64,000 nt of DNA from Clostridiales bacterium (GTDB taxonomy: Bacteria > Bacillota > Clostridia > Christensenellales > DTU072): positions 2,422 to 66,421 of the forward strand of contig JAAZLE010000091.1 of NCBI GenBank assembly GCA_012799455.1, written 5' to 3'. Below are positions 18,428 to 27,710 of this stretch, in pieces. The notes beneath the pieces were generated by a model. It was not told the DNA's origin. It saw only the letters and a program-made list of their open reading frames with translations, and ran no database searches. The position numbers and the translations under genes were made by a program. Position 1 is the stretch's first letter. Every line of letters starts with the position of its first letter.

Positions 18428-18547
18428 TAGTTGTTTGACTAAGTATTAGTTATTAGTTAGGATATAATCCTTAAAGTAAAGTGATTTACTAATACATAAA
18501 ACACGCTGACACTTTATGTTGTCAGCGTAAGATATTAAAAACTAAAG

Positions 18548-19447
18548 GTGCAGATGAAAAATATAGGAAAAACCATTAATAAAATAGTTTTAATAGCCTC
18601 AATATTAATGATATTGATGATATTTTGGGTGGCTACAAATCATTTTCAGCCGTTACAAGCAGAAGCCGCTACTTCATCGGTTGGTGCAGAGATTGTTTAT
18701 GGAACAAAAAACTATTCCAACGGAACGATAAAGTATGACATGCAAGTAAATCTTGATATAGAAAAGTTAACCGAAGGAATGTCAGAAATAGACAAGACTG
18801 CTAATATGGGTATTTTGAGCATGAAGATGTCTGCATTAAAAACTAAGTTAGAAGAAAAGGGTCTTAAAGTCACTGCTAGTGCAGATGGGTATTCGTTATC
18901 TACCGACATAAGGACATATTCTAGTGCCCATAAAAGAGCTGTTATGGACCCTGAACGGGACGGATATGAAATGTACGACCCTAAAGAAGGTTTGAAAACC
19001 TGGGGCTTTTATAGAAATATATATGAGTTTACATTTGATACTGCATTTAAGAATGTTGCTAATAATCAATATCTTTTAGTTGCAGATGAAGCAATTAATG
19101 GTATGAGAGATTATGGTATAACCGATAATAATTTTCGCTATGTTTTTAATTACGGTACATTTATGACTCAAAAGACATTGACTTCAAATGCAGACAAAAT
19201 ATATTTTAATGATAATGAAAAAATTTACATTCATGAATTTGTTATGTCAAAAGATGGAGCGGAAGGTAAGCAGGTTACTCTCACGCAGAAGGCATATAAT
19301 TCAACTGGGTGGAATATAACGCTAGTAGCCATTGTGTTAGTGGCTTTAGTAATCACTGTACTAATTAGATATAAACAAGTGGGCGCTGCAAATAAAGAAA
19401 GAGCAGCTATAAGTTGCGCTATAGGAGGCAAAGATGGCGGAATATAA
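18548..19447 (+). CDS. Hypothetical type-I membrane protein (signal peptide, ~230-aa exported domain, C-terminal TM anchor)
   Basis: N-terminal signal IVLIASILMILMIFWVA...LQAEA and C-terminal TM WNITLVAIVLVALVITVLI followed by a short tail. The 3' end overlaps the dnaB start by 14 nt and contains the dnaB SD (GGAGG). No family recognised. Confidence 0.55.
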   Translation: MQMKNIGKTINKIVLIASILMILMIFWVATNHFQPLQAEAATSSVGAEIVYGTKNYSNGTIKYDMQVNLDIEKLTEGMSEIDKTANMGILSMKMSALKTKLEEKGLKVTASADGYSLSTDIRTYSSAHKRAVMDPERDGYEMYDPKEGLKTWGFYRNIYEFTFDTAFKNVANNQYLLVADEAINGMRDYGITDNNFRYVFNYGTFMTQKTLTSNADKIYFNDNEKIYIHEFVMSKDGAEGKQVTLTQKAYNSTGWNITLVAIVLVALVITVLIRYKQVGAANKERAAISCAIGGKDGGI

Positions 19448-20837
19448 AGATGAAAAAAAGAAGGAAAAACAAAGGAGGTTTCCAGAGAGTCAAGCAACGG
19501 AAATGAATATGCTTGGGGTATTGCTTAGCAATCCAATTGAAGCTCCTGATTTTGCATCAAAGATGACAGATGAATATTTTAATTATCCACGCCATAAAAA
19601 AATATTTAATGCAATTAAAGCACTAGCACTGACTTCGAAAGTCGATCCCATAATAATTGACAATTATTTAACTAGTCATGGTGAAGGAGAGCCTGATCTG
19701 TTGGGATATATGATGGATCTTGTTAATAATCTGATATATAGGTACAACGGGGACGAGTATTATAGAACACTGTATAACGAAATGGTTTTAAGGCGTATAC
19801 ACTCTACGGGTAGAAGCATTGTAGAGGCGGCCGAAACAATACCCGATAATGTAGCTTGCTTAGATGAAGCAGAGAAAAAGATGTTTGAACTATCCGATAG
19901 TTTAGGAAATACTCAATCACTAGAGCACATTAAGGATGCGGCTAGTGTATATGTTAATAAACTCGACGCGCTAGCCAAAGATAGAAATGCCTTCAAAGGT
20001 CTTTCCACTAATTTCCCATTGTTTGATAAATATACAGGCGGACTTAGGAAAAAGAATTTGATTATACTTGCAGCAAGACCTTCGGTTGGTAAGTCAGCAT
20101 TTGTCACAAATATAGTTACCAAAATACTCGAAGGTGACTTTGAGAAAGGTCAAACAAGTGATAAGGTAATAGCATTTTTCTCTTTAGAAATGGGCGCAGA
20201 AGAAATAGTGAAAAGAATAGTAGCAATTACAAGTAATGTTTCAATGAAAAGGACTTTCACCGGCGAATTAAACACCAATGATTTTACAGAAATTATATCT
20301 GTTCATGACAAGCTAACAAGATCTAATATTTACGTTGATGATACTGCTGCTCAGACACCAAATAATGTTTGGGCTAAGTGTAGGAGATTAAAGCAAGAAA
20401 AGAAAAGATTAGACTTAATTGTCATTGACTACTTGCAGTTACTTAGTATTAAAGATCCAACTGAAAGTGGCGGTTTAACTATGAATGAAACTGCAGAAAT
20501 AACTAGAATAAGCCGTATGCTTAAAATGATGGCAATGGCTTTAGATTGCCCAGTAATTGCGCTTTCACAACTTAGACGATTGGATGGCAGAAAAGCAGAA
20601 GCGGGTAAAGCGCTAATTCCTAAACTTTCTGACTTAAGGCAATCGGGTTCTATTGAGCAAGATGCTGACGTTGTTATGTTTTTAGCTAGAGAAGACGAGA
20701 ATGCAGTAAATAAGGACGAAGGCAATATAATACTGGCAATAGAAAAAAACCGTAATGGTCCGTTAAAGAGAATAGTCTATCATTTCTTTGGTGAGCATGT
20801 CAGATTTACTGAGCGCGATGAGTATAAAGAAGAATAG
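19434..20837 (+). CDS. dnaB: Replicative DNA helicase DnaB
   Basis: N-terminal P.S.EAE..VLG-type segment (PESQATEMNMLGVLL), Walker A ARPSVGKSAF, IDYLQLL, SQLRR, RQSGSIEQDADVVMFL, EKNRNGP. Confidence 0.93.
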   Translation: MAEYKDEKKKEKQRRFPESQATEMNMLGVLLSNPIEAPDFASKMTDEYFNYPRHKKIFNAIKALALTSKVDPIIIDNYLTSHGEGEPDLLGYMMDLVNNLIYRYNGDEYYRTLYNEMVLRRIHSTGRSIVEAAETIPDNVACLDEAEKKMFELSDSLGNTQSLEHIKDAASVYVNKLDALAKDRNAFKGLSTNFPLFDKYTGGLRKKNLIILAARPSVGKSAFVTNIVTKILEGDFEKGQTSDKVIAFFSLEMGAEEIVKRIVAITSNVSMKRTFTGELNTNDFTEIISVHDKLTRSNIYVDDTAAQTPNNVWAKCRRLKQEKKRLDLIVIDYLQLLSIKDPTESGGLTMNETAEITRISRMLKMMAMALDCPVIALSQLRRLDGRKAEAGKALIPKLSDLRQSGSIEQDADVVMFLAREDENAVNKDEGNIILAIEKNRNGPLKRIVYHFFGEHVRFTERDEYKEE

Positions 20838-21034
20838 TGCTCTTAAATAAGCAGGCTATAAAAATATTGCAGGTTTGTATAAGCATACATTGAGTGATTA
20901 AGATAGGATTAGAGTTTGAAAAACAAGCATGATGTATTTAGGATGTGTAAACGCTGAGCCTATAAAACTAGACATTATTATGCTTTTAGTATATACTTTT
21001 TTTAAAATACAACTTAGAAGCAGTAGAGACGAAT

Positions 21035-22504
21035 ATGTCAAAAGGAATTATTTACAAAAAACCAAAAGAAAAGATTACTCCTAAACAAGTTGGGATTAGG
21101 ATTGTGTTGCTTGTTGTATCGGCATTTTTGCTAGCATTTTTTACTAAGCTGACAGGGCTTGGGATGGACAGGATTTCCGAAGTCATTTATACACGTAGTC
21201 TCATAGAAATAGCATTAATTTTTGTGGTAAACCTGGTGCTTTTAGCGGTTATTTTATTTACTACCAAGTATGTAAAGCACGATGCTATGTCAAGAGATAA
21301 AATGTTTGCAATTGTTTGTGCCTCTCTTGTCTTAACATTTTTTGCATCTTGGGGTTTTTCAGAGTTAATAAATGTGTACATAGCACCGTTACTACTGGGT
21401 TCATTACTAATAGCTACATTAGTTGATAAAAGACTTGGTATATTAACGCAATTTTTTGTCTCAAATATGTTTTTCTTAATCTCAATACTTTGGGACAGAG
21501 ACATCGTTATAGTTAGCGAAAACATTGGAGCAATCATTACTTCTTTAGTGTCATCGGTTGTCATAGTTATGCTGCTTAGCAAGTCTGCAACCCGCTTAAA
21601 GTTTACTGTAGTTGGAATTATAGTGGCTTTAGTATCTTCAGTTATTCCAATGTTTATACATTTAGCAGCTGGTATTAGAGATGCTTATACAATACTTGTA
21701 AGTGGAGTCTGGTCTGTAATTGCTATAGTATTATCAGTTTCAATTTATACGTTAATATTACCGATAATGGAGTATGCGTTCCGAGTGAACACAGTGTTTA
21801 TTATGTCAGAACTTTGCTCTTTAGAAACTCCTCTTTTGAAACGTTTGGTACAAGAAGCTCCTGGGACATTTAATCATAGCCTTGTTGTAGGAAATCTTGC
21901 AGAATTATGTGCGGATGCAATTGGCGAAGATACACAGCTTGCTAAGGCGGCTGCATATTACCACGACATAGGTAAAATAGAAAACCCAGAATATTTTGTA
22001 GAAAATCAAAAAGGAGTAAATCCACACGATGATATTATCCCAGAAGTCAGTGTATATATGATAGTTAACCATGTTACAGCGGGCCGTGAAATACTTAAAA
22101 AAGCAAGGGTTCCAGATATTATTGCAGATATAGCAGCAGAACACCATGGGACAACACCAGTTAATTATTTCTTATACAAGGCACAAAGTTACACTGAAGA
22201 AGAGTTGGATAAAATAGAATATAGTTATCCTGGACCGAAGCCAAAAAGCAAAATAGCTGCAATTATCATGATTGCAGATACAGTAGAAGCTGCAAGTAGA
22301 GCAAGAGGAAACTTTGACGATATGGATGAGTTTCGTAAGTTTGTAAGGAAATTAATTAAATCAAAAGCTGATGCTGACCAGTTTTCTGACTGCCCGATTA
22401 CATTTGAGGATTTAAAGAAAATTGAAGATGTGCTGGTTGAAGCAGTTCCTTCATTGTATCATGCAAGAATTAAGTACGATAACGACACGAGAAAGAAAAA
22501 ATAA
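21035..22504 (+). CDS. pgpH: 7TM-HD membrane phosphohydrolase (PgpH/YqfF family, short form)
   Basis: About seven hydrophobic helices in the first ~260 aa, then an HD domain (HSLVVGNLAE, YYHDIGK, HHGT). It occupies the conserved position upstream of ybeY. Confidence 0.8.
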   Translation: MSKGIIYKKPKEKITPKQVGIRIVLLVVSAFLLAFFTKLTGLGMDRISEVIYTRSLIEIALIFVVNLVLLAVILFTTKYVKHDAMSRDKMFAIVCASLVLTFFASWGFSELINVYIAPLLLGSLLIATLVDKRLGILTQFFVSNMFFLISILWDRDIVIVSENIGAIITSLVSSVVIVMLLSKSATRLKFTVVGIIVALVSSVIPMFIHLAAGIRDAYTILVSGVWSVIAIVLSVSIYTLILPIMEYAFRVNTVFIMSELCSLETPLLKRLVQEAPGTFNHSLVVGNLAELCADAIGEDTQLAKAAAYYHDIGKIENPEYFVENQKGVNPHDDIIPEVSVYMIVNHVTAGREILKKARVPDIIADIAAEHHGTTPVNYFLYKAQSYTEEELDKIEYSYPGPKPKSKIAAIIMIADTVEAASRARGNFDDMDEFRKFVRKLIKSKADADQFSDCPITFEDLKKIEDVLVEAVPSLYHARIKYDNDTRKKK

Positions 22505-23907
22505 TGTTAGATATATTTAATTTTAGTGAGTATGAAAAATTGGCAAGGCACGCCGCGTTGGGCGTGTTTTCGCATTTTAAAATAAACCATAGAGATGTTG
22601 ATTTGGAAGTAGGGTTGGTTACAGATGAGGAAATCAGAGAGCTAAATAGAGAAAATAGGGATATAGACTCAGTGACAGATGTTTTGTCTTTTCCTTCAGT
22701 TAATATAACCCTTCCTTTTAATAAATCTGATTACGAGCAAGACATTAATCCTGAAACGGGAGGAGTTATAATTGGCTCCATATACATTTCTAAAGCTAGA
22801 GCTATTAGGCAGGCAGAGGAAAGCGGGCATTCTATTTCTAGAGAGCTTGCGTTTTTAATAACACACGGACTTTTACATATACTGGGATTTGACCATATTT
22901 CTGATACGGACAGGGAAAAAATGGAAGAAAAACAAAGAGTGATTATGAAAGAGTTAGGAATAACTAGAGATATGGGAGATAGTGAAATAATGAATTCGAT
23001 TAAGGAAGAAGAGTTTAGAAGCGGTTTTATAGCAGTGCTTGGTAGACCTAATGCAGGCAAGTCTACATTGATTAATAAGCTTGTAGGACAAAAAGTGGCA
23101 ATTACAAGCTGGAAACCGCAAACAACTAGGAATAAAATACTAGGAATTAGAAACGATGAAAACTCACAAATTATATTTGTGGATACACCAGGGTTACATG
23201 CCCCAAAAAACGAATTAGGTAGATTTATGATGCGCTCGGTAACTGCTGCGCTAAATGAGGTAGATGCTGTTTTATATCTTACAAATGCAGAGAAAGAATT
23301 TAATCATCATGACAAAGAAAATGTAGCGCGATATATAGACACAGGAAAGCAAGTTATTGTCATAGTTAATAAAATTGATAGAGTAACACCTGCTAAAGTC
23401 GGCTCGATTTTACAAGAGATATCTAAAATTAATGGTGTTTCTGCGGTGGTGCCAATATCTGCTTTAAAGGGTAAAAACTTAGATGCTGTAATGCTAGAAG
23501 TTAAAAAGGTATTACCTGTAGGCGAGGCGATTTTCCCAGATGATATATATACCGATAGAGGGATGAATTTTATAGCAAGTGAAACTATCAGAGAAAAAGC
23601 TCTTAGAAACTTAAATGAAGAAATTCCGTATGGTGTTGCAGTAAAGATTAATAAATATGTGGCAAGCGAGGAATTAATAGAAATTGACGCAGAGATAGTT
23701 GTTCAAAAAGCTAGTCATAAAGGCATCATTCTTGGTAAGAATGGAGAAATGATAAAAAAGATTGGAACAGAAGCGCGTATTGACCTTGAAAAAATAACGG
23801 GGACTAAGGTATTTTTAACGCTCTGGGTGCGTGTGGAAAAAGACTGGAGAGATGATGGGAGAATGCTCGAAAAGCTGGGATATAATAAAGATGATTATAG
23901 AAATTAA
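22504..23907 (+). CDS. ybeY/era: Fusion protein: endoribonuclease YbeY (N-terminal ~150 aa) + GTPase Era (C-terminal ~300 aa)
   Basis: YbeY motifs are TDVLSFP and HGLLHILGFDH. An acidic linker follows. Era motifs are G1 GRPNAGKS, G3 DTPG, G4 NKID and the KH-domain LGKNGEMIKKIG. It is a single uninterrupted 467-codon frame. ATAATG overlap with pgpH. Confidence 0.88.
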   Translation: MLDIFNFSEYEKLARHAALGVFSHFKINHRDVDLEVGLVTDEEIRELNRENRDIDSVTDVLSFPSVNITLPFNKSDYEQDINPETGGVIIGSIYISKARAIRQAEESGHSISRELAFLITHGLLHILGFDHISDTDREKMEEKQRVIMKELGITRDMGDSEIMNSIKEEEFRSGFIAVLGRPNAGKSTLINKLVGQKVAITSWKPQTTRNKILGIRNDENSQIIFVDTPGLHAPKNELGRFMMRSVTAALNEVDAVLYLTNAEKEFNHHDKENVARYIDTGKQVIVIVNKIDRVTPAKVGSILQEISKINGVSAVVPISALKGKNLDAVMLEVKKVLPVGEAIFPDDIYTDRGMNFIASETIREKALRNLNEEIPYGVAVKINKYVASEELIEIDAEIVVQKASHKGIILGKNGEMIKKIGTEARIDLEKITGTKVFLTLWVRVEKDWRDDGRMLEKLGYNKDDYRN

Positions 23908-23910
23908 TAA

Positions 23911-23937
23911 AAAGCAAGGTCGCCCTTGCTTTTATTA
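23911..23937 (+). terminator. Intrinsic terminator-like hairpin after ybeY-era
   Basis: AAAGCAAGG-tcgc-CCTTGCTTT followed by TATTAT. The T-tract is short and interrupted, so it may be leaky toward recO. Confidence 0.55.
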
Positions 23938-23957
23938 TGGAAAAAGAAGGTAAATAA

Positions 23958-24608
23958 ATGAGTAGTTCAGTAAAAGCATTATGCGTAAGAACTGTAGATT
24001 ATGGCGAAAATGATAAGATATTAACTCTTATAGCCGTAAATAAAGGCTTGATTACGCTAAGAGCTAGAGGTGTTAGAGAAATGAAGTCTAAGTTAAAGCT
24101 TGCCTCTACTCCGCTTAGCTATGGAGAATACTCCTATGTGGAAACTAAACAAAGAAAAACACTTACTGGATTTTCTCTTATAGATAACTTCATGAATTGC
24201 TGGAGAGATTTAGATAAATATGCCGCTTCGCAGATAATTCTAGAAGCTTTGGATAAAACATCCAAAGAAGAAATGGAAGTGGATAAAGAACTGTATTGCG
24301 CGTTGGTTAGCCTCTCCTATATTAATAATGAGAATATAGTTTCATATATATATGCTCTGTGGTTTTTGTCAAAACTGCTAGTAATGTTAGGATTAGATCT
24401 AACCGATTACGATAATTTGACTACAGATACCAAAGATTTATTATTAGCCGTCAGTAAAGCAGAGCCTGATGATTTAGGGAGTTTGGAAATGTCGTTACCT
24501 ACAATAACAAGACTTCTATCTTGCGTATCATTAGTGCTTAAATCCGAAATGTCTATAAATCTTAATTCTGTGAATGAAGCTATTAAAACCATAGCTAATT
24601 CAAAGTAA
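23958..24608 (+). CDS. recO: DNA repair protein RecO
   Basis: N-terminal OB-fold pattern (ALCVRTVDYGENDKILTLI...GLITLRARGVR) and the conserved position downstream of era. 216 aa (short form). Confidence 0.8.
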   Translation: MSSSVKALCVRTVDYGENDKILTLIAVNKGLITLRARGVREMKSKLKLASTPLSYGEYSYVETKQRKTLTGFSLIDNFMNCWRDLDKYAASQIILEALDKTSKEEMEVDKELYCALVSLSYINNENIVSYIYALWFLSKLLVMLGLDLTDYDNLTTDTKDLLLAVSKAEPDDLGSLEMSLPTITRLLSCVSLVLKSEMSINLNSVNEAIKTIANSK

Positions 24609-24828
24609 AAGAAAACGATGATACTCTATTATCTAACTAAATATTGTAAAAACCGTGAATAAGGCTGGAAAAAGATGTTTTTAGCTGTATTTGGTTATGA
24701 TTGTTCGTATAAGGTGGTAAATCATTTGCCAGAACTATGTGTAAAATATTATAATACAAGCGATTTAGTAAGTATTTATGTAGTATAAAATATATTTAAA
24801 ATAAAATAATTTTTTAGAGGAGAAAAGT

Positions 24829-27447
24829 ATGACAAAATTTGTTTATTTATTCAATGAAGCAAACGGAAAAGACAAAGCCAAATTCGGCGGAAAGGGTGCA
24901 AATCTTTCTGAAATGACTCATATGGGGTTACCAGTACCTCCAGGATTCATCGTAACAACTGAAGCTTGTACTAGTTATTACGAAAACGGAAGAAAGATAA
25001 AGGATTCCATTATAAAGGAAATTTTTGACCAGTTAGCAGCATTGGAAAAACAAGCTGATAAAAAGTTTGGTTCCATTGATAACCCCTTCTTAGTTTCAGT
25101 AAGAAGCGGAGCTAGAGCATCTATGCCAGGAATGATGGACACAATTTTAAACTTAGGTTTAAATGATGTAGCTGTTGAAGGTCTTGCAAAATTAACAGAC
25201 AATCCTAGATTTGCATACGACTGCTATCGTAGGTTTATTCAAATGTATTCAGACGTTGTTACTGGAATCGGCAAAAAGCACTTTGAAACTATTATTGATG
25301 ATCTTAAAATGGCAAGAGGAATCAAAGCTGATAGCGACTTAACAACAGAAGACTTAAAAGAATTAGCAGATAAGTTTAAGGCTTATTACAAAGAGAGTAA
25401 AGGCGAGGATTTCCCACAAGATCCAAAAGTACAACTAATAGGTGCTATTGAAGCCGTTTTTAGAAGCTGGGAAAACGAAAGAGCTATTGTATATCGTAGA
25501 ATGCATAACATTCCAAGTTCTTGGGGTACTGCAGTTAATGTACAGGCAATGGTTTTTGGTAACATGGGTGAAACTTCTGGAACAGGTGTTGCGTTTACAC
25601 GTGACCCATCTACAGGCGAAAATGTGTTATATGGTGAATATTTAATGAATGCACAAGGTGAAGACGTTGTTGCAGGTATTCGTACTCCAAACCCTATTGC
25701 CAAGCTCGAACAAACAAATCCACAAGTATATAAGCAATTTGTAGAAATTTCCACAAACTTAGAAAGATACTTCAAAGATATGCAAGATCTAGAGTTTACA
25801 ATTGAAAGAGGGAAGTTATACATTCTACAAACAAGAAACGGAAAACGTACTGCTCAAGCAGCTGTAAGAATTGCAGTAGAGCTAGTTGAAGAAGGTCTAT
25901 GTACAAAAGAAGAAGCTCTTATGAAGATAGATCCTAAACAATTAGACGATTTACTACATCCTACATTTGCCGCATCAGAACTTAAAAAGAGAACACCAAT
26001 AGCTTCAGGTCTTGCTGCATCTCCTGGTGCTGCAGTTGGTAAAATTGCATTTACAGCAGAAGAGGCCAAGAAGAGAGCAATGGCTGGCGAAAAGGTTCTT
26101 TTAGTGAGATTAGAAACATCTCCAGAAGATATCGAAGGCATTAATAGTGCAGAAGGTATTTTAACTGCAAGAGGTGGAATGACATCACACGCAGCAGTTG
26201 TTGCTCGCGGAATGGGAAGATGCTGTGTTGCTGGATGTGGAGACTTAGTTATAGATGAAGAAGCAAAAACTGCAACAATTCATGGCGTTACATATGGTCC
26301 AAATGATGTTCTATCACTAAATGGTAGCACTGGCTACATTTATGAAGGTGCAATACCTACGGTTGAACCAGAAGTTGGTGGACAGTTTAAGGTAATCATG
26401 GATTGGGCAAACGAAGTACGCAGATTAAAAGTACGTACCAATGCTGATACTCCAGAAGAAGCGAAAACAGCTGTTGAATTTGGCGCAGAAGGAATTGGGC
26501 TATGCAGAACAGAGCATATGTTCTTTGAAGAAGGCAGAATTCAACCTATGAGAGAAATGATTTTAGCAGACAACAAAGAGGATAGGAAAAAGGCTCTTGC
26601 AAAAATACTTCCAATGCAAAGAGATGACTTTAAAGCAATATACGAAGTTATGCAAGATCTACCTGTAACAATCAGATTTTTAGACCCTCCTCTACATGAA
26701 TTCTTACCACAAAAAGAAGAAGACATGAAGGCTGTAGCAAAAGAAATGGGTATAACAGTAGCAGCTGTAAAAGATAAAGTTGCAGCACTACATGAAGTAA
26801 ATCCAATGCTAGGTCATCGTGGATGCCGTCTTGCAATAACCTATCCAGAAATTGCTGAAATGCAAACAACCGCTGTTATTGAAGCTGCAATTGCAGTGAA
26901 TAAAAAAGGCGGAAATGTAAAGCCAGAAATAATGATTCCATTAGTAGGCGAAGTTAAAGAATTGGCTTTTGTTAAGAAGGTTGTTGTAAATACTGCTGAA
27001 AAAGTTATGAAGGCAGCTGGTGTTAAAGTTGATTATACAGTTGGAACGATGATTGAAATACCAAGAGCTGCAATCACAGCTGATAAGATTGCAAAAGAAG
27101 CAGATTTCTTCTCATTTGGTACTAACGACTTAACACAAATGACATTTGGATTTAGTAGAGATGACGCCGCTAAGTTCTTACCTCATTACTATAGTAGCGG
27201 AGTATTTGATAGCGACCCATTTGCAACAATTGACAAAGAAGGTGTGGGCGAATTTGTTAGAATTGCAGCAGAAAGAGGCAGATCTACAAAACCAGCACTT
27301 AAGCTTGGTATCTGTGGCGAGCATGGTGGAGATCCAGTAACAGTAGCATTTTGTGACCAAGTAGGACTTGATTATGTATCTTGTTCCCCATACAGAGTTC
27401 CAATCGCAATTTTAGCAGCTGCACAAGCAGTTATTGAAGCTAAATAA
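24829..27447 (+). CDS. ppdK: Pyruvate, phosphate dikinase
   Basis: GGKGANLSEM ATP-grasp start, phospho-histidine motif GGMTSHAAVVARGMG, PEP-utilising C-terminal domain (GLCRTEHMF, FFSFGTNDLTQ, GICGEHGGDP). 872 aa. Confidence 0.95.
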   Translation: MTKFVYLFNEANGKDKAKFGGKGANLSEMTHMGLPVPPGFIVTTEACTSYYENGRKIKDSIIKEIFDQLAALEKQADKKFGSIDNPFLVSVRSGARASMPGMMDTILNLGLNDVAVEGLAKLTDNPRFAYDCYRRFIQMYSDVVTGIGKKHFETIIDDLKMARGIKADSDLTTEDLKELADKFKAYYKESKGEDFPQDPKVQLIGAIEAVFRSWENERAIVYRRMHNIPSSWGTAVNVQAMVFGNMGETSGTGVAFTRDPSTGENVLYGEYLMNAQGEDVVAGIRTPNPIAKLEQTNPQVYKQFVEISTNLERYFKDMQDLEFTIERGKLYILQTRNGKRTAQAAVRIAVELVEEGLCTKEEALMKIDPKQLDDLLHPTFAASELKKRTPIASGLAASPGAAVGKIAFTAEEAKKRAMAGEKVLLVRLETSPEDIEGINSAEGILTARGGMTSHAAVVARGMGRCCVAGCGDLVIDEEAKTATIHGVTYGPNDVLSLNGSTGYIYEGAIPTVEPEVGGQFKVIMDWANEVRRLKVRTNADTPEEAKTAVEFGAEGIGLCRTEHMFFEEGRIQPMREMILADNKEDRKKALAKILPMQRDDFKAIYEVMQDLPVTIRFLDPPLHEFLPQKEEDMKAVAKEMGITVAAVKDKVAALHEVNPMLGHRGCRLAITYPEIAEMQTTAVIEAAIAVNKKGGNVKPEIMIPLVGEVKELAFVKKVVVNTAEKVMKAAGVKVDYTVGTMIEIPRAAITADKIAKEADFFSFGTNDLTQMTFGFSRDDAAKFLPHYYSSGVFDSDPFATIDKEGVGEFVRIAAERGRSTKPALKLGICGEHGGDPVTVAFCDQVGLDYVSCSPYRVPIAILAAAQAVIEAK

Positions 27448-27470
27448 TAGCTAGTTTTATACTAAAACAT

Positions 27471-27507
27471 AAATAGCGCTTGAGAAATCAGGCGCTATTT
27501 TTATTTA
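27471..27507 (+). terminator. Intrinsic terminator after ppdK
   Basis: 9-bp stem AAATAGCGC / GCGCTATTT with a 12-nt loop, running into TTTTTATTT. Confidence 0.7.
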
Positions 27508-27710
27508 ATTATTTTAGTCATTATTTGACGGTAATACCATACGAATTTAGCTAATTGGAAACGACGTGAGACAATATTGGGAAAAGGCTATAATAGGTGT
27601 AGAAACAGTTAAAACTATTACGCCAATATGTTATTATATGCTGGTGGATATGGATAATTAATAAATGAATTTATCTCATGTTTTAGAAAAAGTATTTTAA
27701 AGGATATTTT

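Noticed and set aside
18503-18528. Hairpin ACGCTGACA-ctttatgt-TGTCAGCGT after pepF, considered as an intrinsic terminator.
   Set aside because: The 9-bp stem is good, but it is followed by AAGATATT rather than a T-tract. It may be a processing or stability hairpin or a weak terminator, and support was too weak to list it as a feature.
24675-24788. 37-codon ORF (MFLAVFGYDCSYKVVNHLPELCVKYYNTSDLVSIYVV) upstream of ppdK.
   Set aside because: It has a weak SD and overlaps the best ppdK promoter candidate (TTGCCA...TATAAT, about 24736-24763). It has no recognisable features and is likely fortuitous.
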